From Raillietiella orientalis (taxonomy: Eukaryota): a DNA stretch of 64,000 nt. Positions within the stretch are counted from its first letter, which is position 1; every line of letters starts with the position of its first letter. Made by a program: the position numbers and the translations under genes. The DNA is taken from the NCBI GenBank assembly GCA_036172245.1, contig JAYWIR010000037.1, forward strand, positions 1,736,001-1,800,000, written 5' to 3'. Of this stretch, positions 1-11,640 are shown one piece after another. The notes below the pieces were generated by a model. It had not been told where the DNA came from and did not search any database. It saw only the letters and a list, made by a program, of their open reading frames with translations.

Positions 1-479
1 AAAAAAAAAAAAAAAAAGGTTTCGATTGAAGCATCTATTCATTTGATTGAGTTTTTCCATTTACAAATTTCACATCTCCTTAAAACTCTAGTTGAAAAGC
101 AGAAGGCTTACTTCCGCACCATTTCAGTGTAATATCCTCATAACATTGCCACGCAGCCTTGGGTCAAGCTGCAAATAAGAAACGGGCAAAAGAATAAAAG
201 AAGCCAAGAGAGCCACGTCTGAGTGTGTTCCAGAGCTCCCCCTCTAGCAGCAGGAGCAGCGAGTGCACGCGCTCGTGTCGAAAGGTCTCTCAGATCCAAG
301 GCGAAGATGTGTGACCATCCTTCAAGCAAAGCAATAGGTGCAGCAATAAATTAAGGATTGGGATCGAACCGGCTATAGATTTCGAAAGATCGTGGATTTA
401 GCGTTACTTTCAAAATGGAATTACAGAAAACGTTTTCATTTATTTCACGAAAGAATAAATGCTCGAAATGTGGTTGATA

Positions 480-3400
480 AGATCAAAAGACATGAGGGTT
501 GCGTATTCACAACATGTGGTTGTTTGCGCAGCTCAAACAGGAGATGAAGTTTCTCTGACAGACACTCAGCTGACATTTAATAAATTCTCGTTTTCAGAAG
601 GATCCTCGTTTTAATCTCTTCTCCTCTTCTCAGAAGATCTGAACTGAAAATGCTCTCTCATTGCTTGCCGAATGTGGGCTCAGTAGAGAAAAAGCCTCTA
701 CAAGAATCTTTGGGGCTGTTAGATTATGGAGCAGTTCATTTATTGAAGTCATGGCACTAAAATCACGTCGAGATGCTTGAGTCACGCTGAATTCCTGGAA
801 TACTAAGTCCTGAATACTACAGGTGGCCTCATGCTGGAAAGATCCCATTATTCTCTGCCCTCAATAAACCTATTAATTTTGTCATACTGACAGAATAGCA
901 GTTGGCAAGGATTAACTGTGAAGAAAGTTTCAACAGTTGGCAACTGATTCGAATTCCTTGCTATTTTGTTGCAAATCCAGTCACCAGCCTTTGGGAACTG
1001 TAGACTTTGGGATGTACCTATACTTGCATTCATTTCTGGACGACCCACGTTCATCTAGTTCCCATTTTCTCTTTTCTGCTTCCTTTGTAGAAAATGAGCT
1101 TTCCATACAAATGTGCTAAAAACGGTCATATCTCGGTTTCTATGGCGGACGCGTCCTGAGATGTGAAAAGCCTTTTGAATCAGCTGATCCAGATGGACTG
1201 CATGTGTACACGACGTACACGCATTCTCTCGGAAATTTGAAGTTTCGTGCGATTATGCTTGTTGCCATCCAATCGGATATCTATGGAAGACGGAAACTGG
1301 AGTCCTTGACACCAAGCGGCTGACCAGTGAAGCTCATCTTCCATAGCCCAAGTTTTCATCATCAGTGGCAAATCAGAAATAATCTTCATTCCATTTTTAT
1401 ATGTTCAAGGACAAAAATTCCGAATTCTTTGAAAATACTGCTATTCGAAATCGGAACGTTTGAACAAATTAGTGATTAGTGAAGCTTCGTGGAGCTTACA
1501 ATAAAGGAATCTGTAAAGGCAAGGAGTAAGGAGCGATTTGAGGCTCCGCGAACATCACAATCATTAGAATCATCCAGACTCTAGCAGCTCCTTGATGAGT
1601 GAACTGAGAAGAGCAAATCGGATGGAGTTAAATGGAGGAAAACAATTTGGAAATACTGGATTCTCCTTTAAGTTGAGCACTATGAAAGATTTCATCGCGT
1701 TCAAGAAACATGAAATTATGCGAAAATTAGAAAGTTCCATCTTTGAGTTGCTCAGTGCTTAAGCAAACTGCGAGATGATTCCAACCGTAGCTCTGATTTG
1801 GATCTTGCCATCCGATCAATGGACGGGAATTCGTCTGAGAACTCAGGAATAATTATCACCCTACCTGATCTCTGCATTAGGGATAAGAAATTATGTTGCA
1901 TTTTTGCCTCATATGGGATGCGTTGTTCCCTGATCCGCCCTTTCATACTCCGGAGATTCCTCTCCACCGAGGCAGGCTCCTATATCCTGAAGGATCTTGT
2001 TGTTCCGAGCACGGCTCACTCCCATTTGAAATTTAGATGCTTCTTTGAATGCAACTTCTCTAAATAGAAAGTTCTGAGTGTTTCCTCTTACTGCTCCCCC
2101 TTTCGAATTGCTGCTTGATCCTCCTGTTCTGAGTATTTCCATTCAGGATCCTAAATTTTGCCGTTTCTTGCTACTGTTCCCAGATACTGTCTGTTCAATC
2201 ATTCTGCTTGTCTCCAGGTGAAAAGAGGAAGCAATAGCAAGGAGGTACGGAGCACTAATTACCTATCAACAGATCCGATCGTCATGCTCGACATCACAGT
2301 GCAAGCAAATCGGTCTTCATATATCCCCATCCAACTGTGGCAAGTGTTGCTAGGAAGTCAGTTTCTTTTCCTGTGTTCGGAAACACTTGACTGTACACGT
2401 TCATTGGTGGCATTCCGGACATTCCACAAGCTCCAAAGAAATGGCCACTGCCTCCATTTGCAGAACATGCGAAAGCGATTGCTATTCCTGGAACATCTGG
2501 AAAGGTGTGTCTCAATTGATTTGTCATTCTTAGTAATTTAATACGATTCCCCAGCGCTGCTGACGCTGTGGGCTTCATATGTAGTGAGGCGAACTCCTCC
2601 TTTCGCAACTGAGGAAAAATTTCAGGATATCTTCCGTCTTGTTAATAGTCAATTAATAATCAGTAATCCTGATCTTCGCTGATCTTCACCCCCCCACTCC
2701 ACTTCGGCCCCCTTGAAAAAAATGGAGTCTCTTCGTAACAGGGCTGAGAAAGAATGGAAAGAAACGTTGCTGCTACGTGTTTCTGCCTATTCACTGAGAT
2801 TTTGATTCTTGAATCCATGGATCCTGGGCTTCCGCAAATTAAAGGAATTAATTTACTCTTTCTGTCGAGGCTCCCTAAGAACACATTCTGCATGTGTGTT
2901 TGCTGAGAGTAAATACTACCACACATAATATGCGCTCACGTCAATTTTGGTCTCCTCATGATTCATGAAGATTTCTCGAAAGCAATGAGAGGGACCAAGA
3001 GAATTTCTGCACGCAGTTAAAGTTTTCCTCGCTTCCCAAATCACTGAGGAATTCTGTTCAACTCAACATTCCTGGTTCCCATCCGTCCTAGTGGAACGAA
3101 TGTTTTCTTTCTCATGCGACCTACTTTTTGCATTAAGAAGTCCACTGCATCATTCGAGCCTGTTCACGTGTTTCTTATGACTTCTGGGATTCCTCGTCTG
3201 GCCCCATTTCCATTTGCAGCATCCTTGGAATTGGGGTTTAAGCCATTCAGCGCTCTCTCTTCTTCCTGCGAATAACATTGCTGGTGCCTCTCGTGATTGT
3301 CTGTACAGACACTAAGTATGTGAACACAGTTATTATGCAAAGCTTCACCATAATAAAAACTGCGAACTTAATTTGGAAGCCAAACATCGAACGAGTTCCA

Positions 3401-3935
3401 CTTGGATGAGGATTTTTAATGTTTTGGTGCCCTTTGCATCATTAAGTAACCAGAAATCCTTGGTTGCCCAAATGATGGGGGTGGTGTACCTAAAGACGCT
3501 GTTCATTCCCGATGGCCTATATCTTCGGGTTCCCACCTGGACATGCTCGTGGGGGAGGGGAAGGGACACTGAGCATCCTGTGCGATCGAAGTCAGCAGCT
3601 TCTTTGTCAGCTGGCTCGTCGGACTATCCATCTTCATGAGCAACATCTTCGCTAAGAAGATGGGCATGATTTTCGGGCTTTTTGGTTGACATGGGATTAA
3701 TCAGTTTGCACGGGATCCAGCTTTGCGAAAAGCTAAAGCTGCTGATCACTATCAGGAAACTTCACCCAAAGACTACTACAGCAGGAAGGTGAAGCCTTGG
3801 AGGAGGCGCCTTCACACTTTCATTCAGGTCAGTGTCTGCACATTGCTGTAGCTGGTGCAGGGGTCAGTCGTGGCTTTCCTTCTACCCATGCGCCTCATCA
3901 TCCTCATAGTCCTGAGGAATTTGCTGGAATTCATC
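480..3935 (-). pseudogene. Degenerate endogenous viral element: bunyavirus-like (Phenuiviridae-like) L protein/RdRp core and C-terminal part
   Basis: Minus-strand translation across frameshifts gives collinear segmented (-)ssRNA RdRp-like motifs. In order: ASSKAS (~3810), motif F-like QVGTR[D]I (3539-3517), motif A-like NSKDAA/KWGQ (3232-3197), weak motif B region (~2925), motif C-like GSMDSRIKIS (2824-2795; cf. GSDDSSMLIS), motif D-like GVKISED (~2692), E-like region (~2620), then MKPT and FFGACGMSG. Spacing fits an L protein. Many stops and frameshifts; boundaries are approximate. Confidence 0.6.
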
Positions 3936-4234
3936 TTCTCCGAGGACGAGCTTCAGGCCGTGAGACATTGCGGGATGCCCGTGGACGCACAGTTCGTTTT
4001 TGCTTTACCACCTTAAATGGGAGCGACGCCCTTTTGCTCTCCCTGTCCGGCGGTCATTCCTGACCGTAGAGAGGATACCTGCCTGCCGATGGATTGGTGC
4101 AGCTCGCCGAGAAGTGCGGAAGTTCCTCATCAGATCATGGCAAAGTGCACTGAAATCACCAAGGCAGGAATCCGTTCACACACACTGAAAAATTGAACTC
4201 CAGGAAGTGAAGCAACACAACAGCAGCCACGAGA

Positions 4235-5368
4235 AGCTTCGGTTTCCCCTTGAAACCGCTCTATCGGCTCCTGGAAGCCCAGGAATGGATCTCTTGCCGC
4301 CCAAAGAACTTTGAAGCCTGGCGGCAGGAACCGTTGCATGGCTGGGCAAAGCACCAGGATGTTTCCCTCCTGAAACTCCGTTGCGCTCACCTCTCTCCGT
4401 ACTGCACGGTGGATGAGGTGTGCAACAGCCAGGAGAAGTGGACCCGCCTGGCCGTCACCCCCCTCGCTGACGCACTGTCAGCCCTCAGGGCAAGAGATGA
4501 CAGCTGCGAACCGGCGAGATGGGAGGTCGCCTGCACCATCGCAGGAACAACACGACCTATTGGCGGCTGGAGGACTTGCGAGCTGGCGGACGCCGCCACG
4601 CCTCGCCACGTTCCGAAGGGACTTCTTCGGTGGAGTGAACACTTGAGTGTGCCCCCCGAAGAACTTGTGGTCCCTCCTTCCTGTTTGAACACTTCTGTGT
4701 TTCCTTTGAGCTGGAACAGGACGTCATCATGCTGGTGCATTGGGGTTTTCACTCCAGCCAGCGCACGAACCGTGTTTCCGGGGGAGTTGTCTCCCCGAAC
4801 TGTAAGCGCTCCGGGGAAGTGGAAACGCTCCCGCACCTGCTCTTGGACTGCGGTGCCCTCCTAGGACTGTGGCGGAGGCTGGCCTCAGCTCTTCTGCACC
4901 AGGGGGACACCGCGAGAGACTTGATGCTCCGCTTCTTCACGCCAGGCGGCCTGTCTTTAGGTGCTGTCGTTGCAACCGTGTGTTGCACCCGCGCCATCGA
5001 CAAGGCCCACCGAGAGTTGGAGAAGCTGGCCATCCTTCGTCAGCCCACCGGATTAGCCAGCTCAAGCATGTCGTCGGCTGCCGAGTGGGTCCATCTGCCA
5101 GAGGACGTGAGGAGAGAGATCGCCGGCATCCATCGCCGGTTTTGAAAGGAAGGAACGGACTCTCCAAAGACCCCTGTCCCCTGCCCTCCATATTATTATT
5201 TTTATTTTTTATAGTAGTGTATTTGTGGTCCCCTCCCTCCCGTTCCGGACTTTCTCTATACAGACCTGCGTGTCGGGGATCCCACCCCTTTCGTCTCTTG
5301 TTTTTTCCCTTTGTCCAGGAACTCTGTTCCCGGATAGTTTTTAATAAACGCCCCGGCGCACCCGGGTG
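4235..5368 (+). mobile_element. 5'-truncated non-LTR retrotransposon (L1/Tx1-like), ORF2 C-terminus plus 3' UTR
   Basis: Zinc finger typical of the LINE ORF2 C-terminus (PNCKRSGEVETLPHLLLDC). WISCRP segment shared with the copy at ~20250. Ends in AATAAACGCCCCGGCGCACCCGGGTG. Confidence 0.85.
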
Positions 5369-6249
5369 ATAAACAGCAGCCATGAGCTTGCGACAGACCT
5401 CTGAAGTGGCTCGTGTTATCGTAGATGACAACAGACCTGAGCTTTCAATGCGCACCTGGAAGATGCTGGTGAAAAAAAGAAAAAAAAAGAGCATCCTTAT
5501 GAGTGATTTGTGTTTCCAGTTTTTACTCCTCTTGTTCTGAAATCGGTCTTCACCAGGGCTACTTTGATTTTTTCATTTTTTTTTTCTCTTTCAGATCCCA
5601 AGAACTGGTGATTTTCACAAAAGCAGGAGATCGCCGATGGCTGTTTTAAAAGACGAAGATAACTATATAAGCTTTCATTTTTTTTTGTTTCCACTGAAAT
5701 GTGGGAAAATCATGCAAATATGAGACTGTTCCATTTCATTCCTCGAAGCAGGTACTTCCAGGATTTTTTTCTCCCAGTTCTGAATAAGAAATCGATCGTG
5801 AAACATCTCTGTCATCTCAAGGAAAGTGAAAAAAGATTTCCCAGGCGACATGAGAGGCAAGCAATCGAAAGCAGAACTTTTTTGAAAGTCATTGCACTCA
5901 CCAAATCTCTGAGCATCAAACAAGCACTACCGGACCAGAAACTTGCCAAGGACCGTCTCGTAAAATGGTGTTAATTTCAGTCGTCATGTGAGAATCCTGA
6001 ATTCCTCTTGAGGGACTGTGTCTTCTGCAGTTCCCAGGGACCGATGCTGAAATCCATCTTACTTCCACCTCTTTGCACGAAACGTTCAAGAAAGCAACAG
6101 GAAAACATCGTTCTCTAATTTCCAAGCATCGTGAGCTGTGCTGTTTGCACTTCACGGACTTTCCATTTTAAATACAAATGTAATAAATAAGATATGACGC
6201 TTATTTATTTATAAGATTCTTGTCATTTATCTCGAGAGGACAAAAATTC

Positions 6250-7450
6250 ATCAGCTTGTAATTGAGATTCAGGTCTGTTGAGAAATTAATCTCTGAGACC
6301 CTTCTTCTGGGATGGCAAAAGTCCGATGTACGATTTTATTTACGATACCTTCCAATTTATCTGATTTTGATTTGGAGACAAAGGTTTCTTCTTCTTCCTA
6401 CGGATGCTCAAAGCTCATCTACTGGGCGCATAGAAATTGAACAGCATTTCGTTTCGCTTAAATGAAGCAAAAAATCGATTTTTTCCGATAATTAGATTGT
6501 GCTAATTATCTTATCTCGGTGTTTGATATCAATTTCTCGGACTCCTTCAGAGCCATGAGGCAGCTTTCGCGCTTTGCGGAGAGTTAATTCAATCCAGAAG
6601 ATGCTGAAAGTTGGTAGACAAACTCTTCGTCCCAATTACGCACACATCGATCGGGAAATCTCATCCAAAGTGGAGGAAATCCAGATTCGAATCTGATTGG
6701 AAAATTTCCGTTACAAATAATTTCATCCTTGGCGAACTGGATTTTCAGTGATCCTTTTATCTGTGTTTACCAGTTGTAGCTGTACTCTCAGCAAACTGAG
6801 CAGCCACGCCGAAGGTCAGAAAACGCAAACTCCGCCAGCTGCTCTTAGCAGAGTACGCTACAGGACATGCTAAAATTATGCAAACTTGCAAGTCCTCTCC
6901 CGTGAGATAGACCGGATGGATGTTAACTGCGAAAGTTTTAAAACAGAGGTGGTTGCGCGGAAAACTCGGTGTTCCTCCACTTGATCTCAGTGCTTACGCC
7001 TGCATGACTTCCGGAGGTCAAGTGCTCCCAGACTGAATTGTTTGCTATCGGACTTTTTCAGGCTCCCCAACAGTGTTGAACACGAATCCCACTTGAGTCC
7101 AATCTACTTTCTGCCGTCGTGATTGCTGGCACAACTGAGGGAGTTTCGCTTCCTCAGTTATGTCAGCAAAAAGGAGGGGTAGAAGAAGAGGAGTAGAAGG
7201 AGTCAGTATGCGGATGCTTCTCGGGAGCCTGAGTCTTTGGATTTGCATTAGTATCCCAGCACTAATTACTTTAGTGCAGAAAGTTTCAGTTACCCGGGAT
7301 TCCATCTCACTCCCAGGAGACCTACTCCCTTGCTTTTCCTAAAGCTCCTGAATCACTTTTAATTTGCCGACATTCAGCGAGGACTTGTTGGCTACATGTG
7401 GTCTCAGAAAATTTTCTTCCGACCCTTGTGTGGGACAACTCGCTCTGGTC
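6250..7450 (-). pseudogene. Probable upstream continuation of the bunyavirus-like L element
   Basis: Same strand as, and upstream of, 480-3935. Degenerate segments ILTPST...PLLFA, SLRFLTFGVAAQF, TNFQHLLD and KII resemble the pre-RdRp region of phenuivirus L. Similarity is weak. Confidence 0.35.
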
Positions 7451-9949
7451 ACAGACCTTGAGGCAAGAATCAGTGATCATAAGTGCCTTCCTGGATTCTG
7501 ATGGTGTTTAGTGAGATTCGGAATTCACGTTGGGTGGCTCGCAGTTTCCAAGGGGGAAGGAGAAGAGGGAGATATCAACTCGCTGTTTTTCAGCTCGTTC
7601 TACGTAAATAAAAAGCTCCTCATTCGCAACAAGCTTGTTTGGTTTTGTTTTTATTTTTTTTCAAGAGATGAATGCGATGTGATGTGAATACGTTGGAAGT
7701 AACAAATCACTCTCAAAAATAAAGTCGAGTTATTTCGTTTTCGACGGTGCAGTATGTAATTTTCTCAGCAGATACCCCACGGATTTGGTTTTCTTGATAT
7801 GTTTTGGCTTCCTCCGGGTTTGTGATTATGTTTTCGAGGACTTGTGGGGAGTCACGTTGCGGGTTACCACATATCATGACCGATTCCTAAAGGCGATGGT
7901 CATACGGGCGCAAGAAGCACCTGCAGAAAAAAACTAAGACCAAGCGATCGTTTATCAGTAACTTCTCAGATGGCATTTTCATATTTAACATCACCTCGCA
8001 TGAATTATTTACGGATGAAGAGTTTACACGGTGCCCGATTTTCTCCTTTGAAGGTTTCTTCATGTATTGTCCTTCGGATTCCTTTCATTTGGTAACTCTC
8101 CTTACAATCATTTACTGACTGATGACTTAAACAAATTACCTCTGAGTCACGCAGTATATTTCGGGAAGATGCTTTCAAGAGCTGCCGCATCACAACATGA
8201 TAAGTCGTACTGATGAGCACTATGATGTTTCAGCAATTCTCTCCCCCTCCCCCCGGTCATATAGATCATCTAAGGAAATAATCAAGGAAGCCCAAATCAG
8301 AACAAATCGTATGGAGAACTAATTTGAATTTGCTTTTCGCATTTCGAAAAATTCACTTTCCACGCATACTTTAATCATTACTGCATCATGCTGCGTGGTC
8401 ATTATTCTTAGTTTGCGCCAAGCATCATCAAATCGGATAGGAATGGCTTCCATATTCTAAGTAGCTGCACATTCAAGTGACACGGTTGTGCATCATATTT
8501 GCAAATAGTCATGTCAGGGAACAGTTGCGAATATTTCCGTCCCGATGACCATGGAAAACTGGAAATGAAATCTCCACGGCTTTTTTTTCCCCAGACTGGA
8601 GATGCATCTCGAAGTCCCGGAAATTTGCAATTTCTTTCTTTTCTTTTTTCTTTTCGTTTCAAGGAGATTTATTTATTCATGTGATGTAGAGATTTCATTC
8701 CTCCTTTTTGAGCTTTGTTTCGCGTTGTCTTGGAATCGAAACAGCGATGTATTGGCGGAAATTTTCGCATTTTTTTTTTTTTTTTTTTAAAAAAGAAAAA
8801 AACATTAAAACAAAGCATTAGCTTGAGTGCCTTCTTAAACTGAACATTAGAGGATTCAAATGCATTTTTCTCGCTGGAAAATCCTTCCGATAATTGACTG
8901 GCTTCTCGCTCAGGACACAGAAAAGGAAAAAGACCTCATGAACTTGATCTCACACCATGGCTTCGCAAAAAGCACCCTGCTTTCCTCCAGGAAAAAAAAA
9001 AAAACGAAAACGATTTTTCGGACATGATATTCCGACGATCAAATCGAAATTCCTATCTCGCATTTCACATACGTGCTTTTATCGATGTCTAATGATGCAT
9101 CTGACACGTAGCCATCAAAAATTCCGGCCATCGCACATCCCACATTAGCGGATTCCATTTTGATTTAATTGAAGTACTTTGAAAGCCATTGTGTGCCTCG
9201 GGATAAATTTGTGATTGCTGTACTCTACTGATGGCGTTAGGAGCATAGTACACGAAGCTGGAATTTGTAATTGAAAGAAAGAAGTTGCCCAAATGGAAAT
9301 CACATTTGTAATGCCACGTATAGTGTAGGAAAAGCAGCCACACACACACACACACACTTAAGTGCACGTACACACCGTCTGCAGATTCAAGCTTGGGATA
9401 CGAAAATGGGACTGGAGGAAGAACATTTGCATTGAGGGCATCGGAGATGGCCGACAAACTACCCGCAACCGTAAAGACCGGGCGAAAAGTGTCGCCAGAA
9501 TCTAATGGTCCCTGTTCTGGAGTCTGCAAGGTCATGCATTCTACTCACAAAGCATTGTCCATATGCTAAATACGCATTTATTGAAGAATTTTTGGCATGC
9601 ATTCCCTATCTGTGTGAAATAAATAGTAACTTATTTAAACACATGCTTTTTGGATTCTGTTGAGCAGTGAATAAAGGAAACTTTCTGTCTGAAGATGTTC
9701 GAGGAACACGAAACAGCCGAGACAGCCATGAACTGGTTGTCGAGTAGGCGCAGAGACACACTACATGTTAATGAACAGCCTAGGACTCCAAACCCTTGCA
9801 CTTGCTTTAAAATTTCATTCAATTACTGTTACATAGCCGGAAATGATTACCGTATTGTGTTGTTTTTCTTTTTTAGCAGTTTTTCGATGACGGCATCCCA
9901 TTAGCACCAGCAATGAAAGAAACCAGAAATGTCTGCCCCACACACGTAG

Positions 9950-11640
9950 CGAATGGCGCTTAGAGGAAAATGAAAGCTCGGGTTGCAGCGAAGTCTGGAT
10001 CACGTTGTTCCCAGTGGAACTGATAGTATACGCTAGAGGGAATGGTAATGTTTGCACGCGTGAGGAACGGAAAGCCAGCGTCTACGATGTATACGCTGGG
10101 AGCCGGAGCCCCTGTCATTATAGCAAGTTTGCTTCCAAACCAGAAACAGAGGAGTTGTTCGAATAAGTGCTACCAGCAGATGGCTTCCAAAGGCAGACAT
10201 TTGAACGGAATCCACGTGGACGTGGAGTCTGCGCTGGCATACCAAAACTCTTCCCGAAGGGCTTAGTTTGCAGAAATTGGGAGATTCTGGGTTCCTTCGA
10301 ATCCCTCAATGTCTCTCTTCTCTTCAGACGACTGTTGTTTCTAGGTTTTCTTCGATCTCGCTCTTCTGCCTCCTCACTCTTTCTTGCACAGCCTCTAAGA
10401 CCGAGGGAATCGCCAACGCCATCCGACCGACACCGACTTTGAAGTCGGGTGTTTTTAGCGAAGATTCCGATCTCGGAGTGCTTACTTTATGAGTGGAATG
10501 ATGGATCTGCTCATTCTGCGGAGACTAGTGCCATCGATCGCAGGCTGCGCATAAGCTCATGCCCTTTTCCTTGGGATGTTATCGGGAATGCAGCGCTGTG
10601 CCATGCGGTTCTTCGGAGACTCGATTTGCCTCGTTCCGCTGTCTTTATGTGGATGTTCATGCGGCAAGAACCTGACGCTGGAAGGGACTACCTGGCGATT
10701 GCCTCAGCGGAAATCAGCTGGACCATTTGCTCCCGATGCGCAAGTACCGTGCTCTCAGCCATTCTGAAAAATAACGGAAATTTACTTTGGCTTAATTTTT
10801 TCCGGTGCATTTGGCCTGCCGAACCGCACTGCGGTGGAGATGATCGCCTTCTTATGGAGTGATGTGCTTTCGGAGCATTTTTACGGCCATGTCAGAGTCG
10901 GAATAGTTGATCAGGAGAGGAGACAGTATTTATCGGAATACAGGCATGCATCAGCTTCCACTCTCTCGGTTTTCTCATTTGCTTTCACGGACAGAGTGAA
11001 TGAAGTGTACTTAATTTGGAATTGGGTTGCTACGTGGGAAGCCGAGCCGCATTTTCTAAGGCAGCTGACCGGTCGAAACCCCGTTTGCACCGCGAGGACA
11101 AAGGAGGCTTCTTGAGATGGAAAATGGCTCCTCACTCGGTGCAAACCATTCGATCGCCTCTTGGTTCAGAAGTTACCGATTTCAGAATCAGGAGAATGGA
11201 GGAGAGTGAAGGTACGTTCAGGAAGAACTCAGAACAATCATTATGGAGGCTTGACGCAGCTTTCCTCCGGGCTGGGTGAGCTTCGAACGCGGCGCACATG
11301 TGTCCTCTTGGGTGATTCTGGATTCTAGACGATTTGCGCATCCCCTCTTCATCCCGCTCACTCTGCATTCTGCAGAAGCAATCAGCCATTACTGCGGCTT
11401 ATTAGTGGAGAATATGCTCGAACTTGATGGTCGAGCCGCACATGGCGTCGGAGCTGAGGTCGATCTTCCCACACTCATCCTAACGAAAGGAAGAAACTTC
11501 GGCAGTGCCCTTTTCGGTTCTACGCACACCTCGCTGTCTCCGTGCTGCGATGAGCGAGAAGACGGAGTGTGTTTCCACGGAGGCGCCGACCAGATACTCT
11601 GAACGTAAAACGAACCTTTCTCTGGTCGCAGCAGACTTTG
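9950..11640 (-). pseudogene. Degenerate chuvirus-like / gB-like (class III fusion) glycoprotein gene
   Basis: Collinear Cys-anchored segments across frameshifts: EVSSFR*DECGK, SAECRV...GC, SPEESC..LHND, ACLYSDKYCLLS*STIPTLTWP*KC, QLISAEAIAR, LRRTAW...FPITSQGK..LMR, and a hydrophobic C-terminal region near 10050-10190. The length (~560 codons) fits. Confidence 0.5.

Noticed and set aside
5699..5974. 91-aa plus-strand ORF with protein-like composition
   Set aside because: No recognisable family and no supporting splice structure.
7940..8060. Weak resemblance to orthomyxovirus PB1 (SDG...NI..H)
   Set aside because: Only a few residues match and no other PB1 motifs are collinear.
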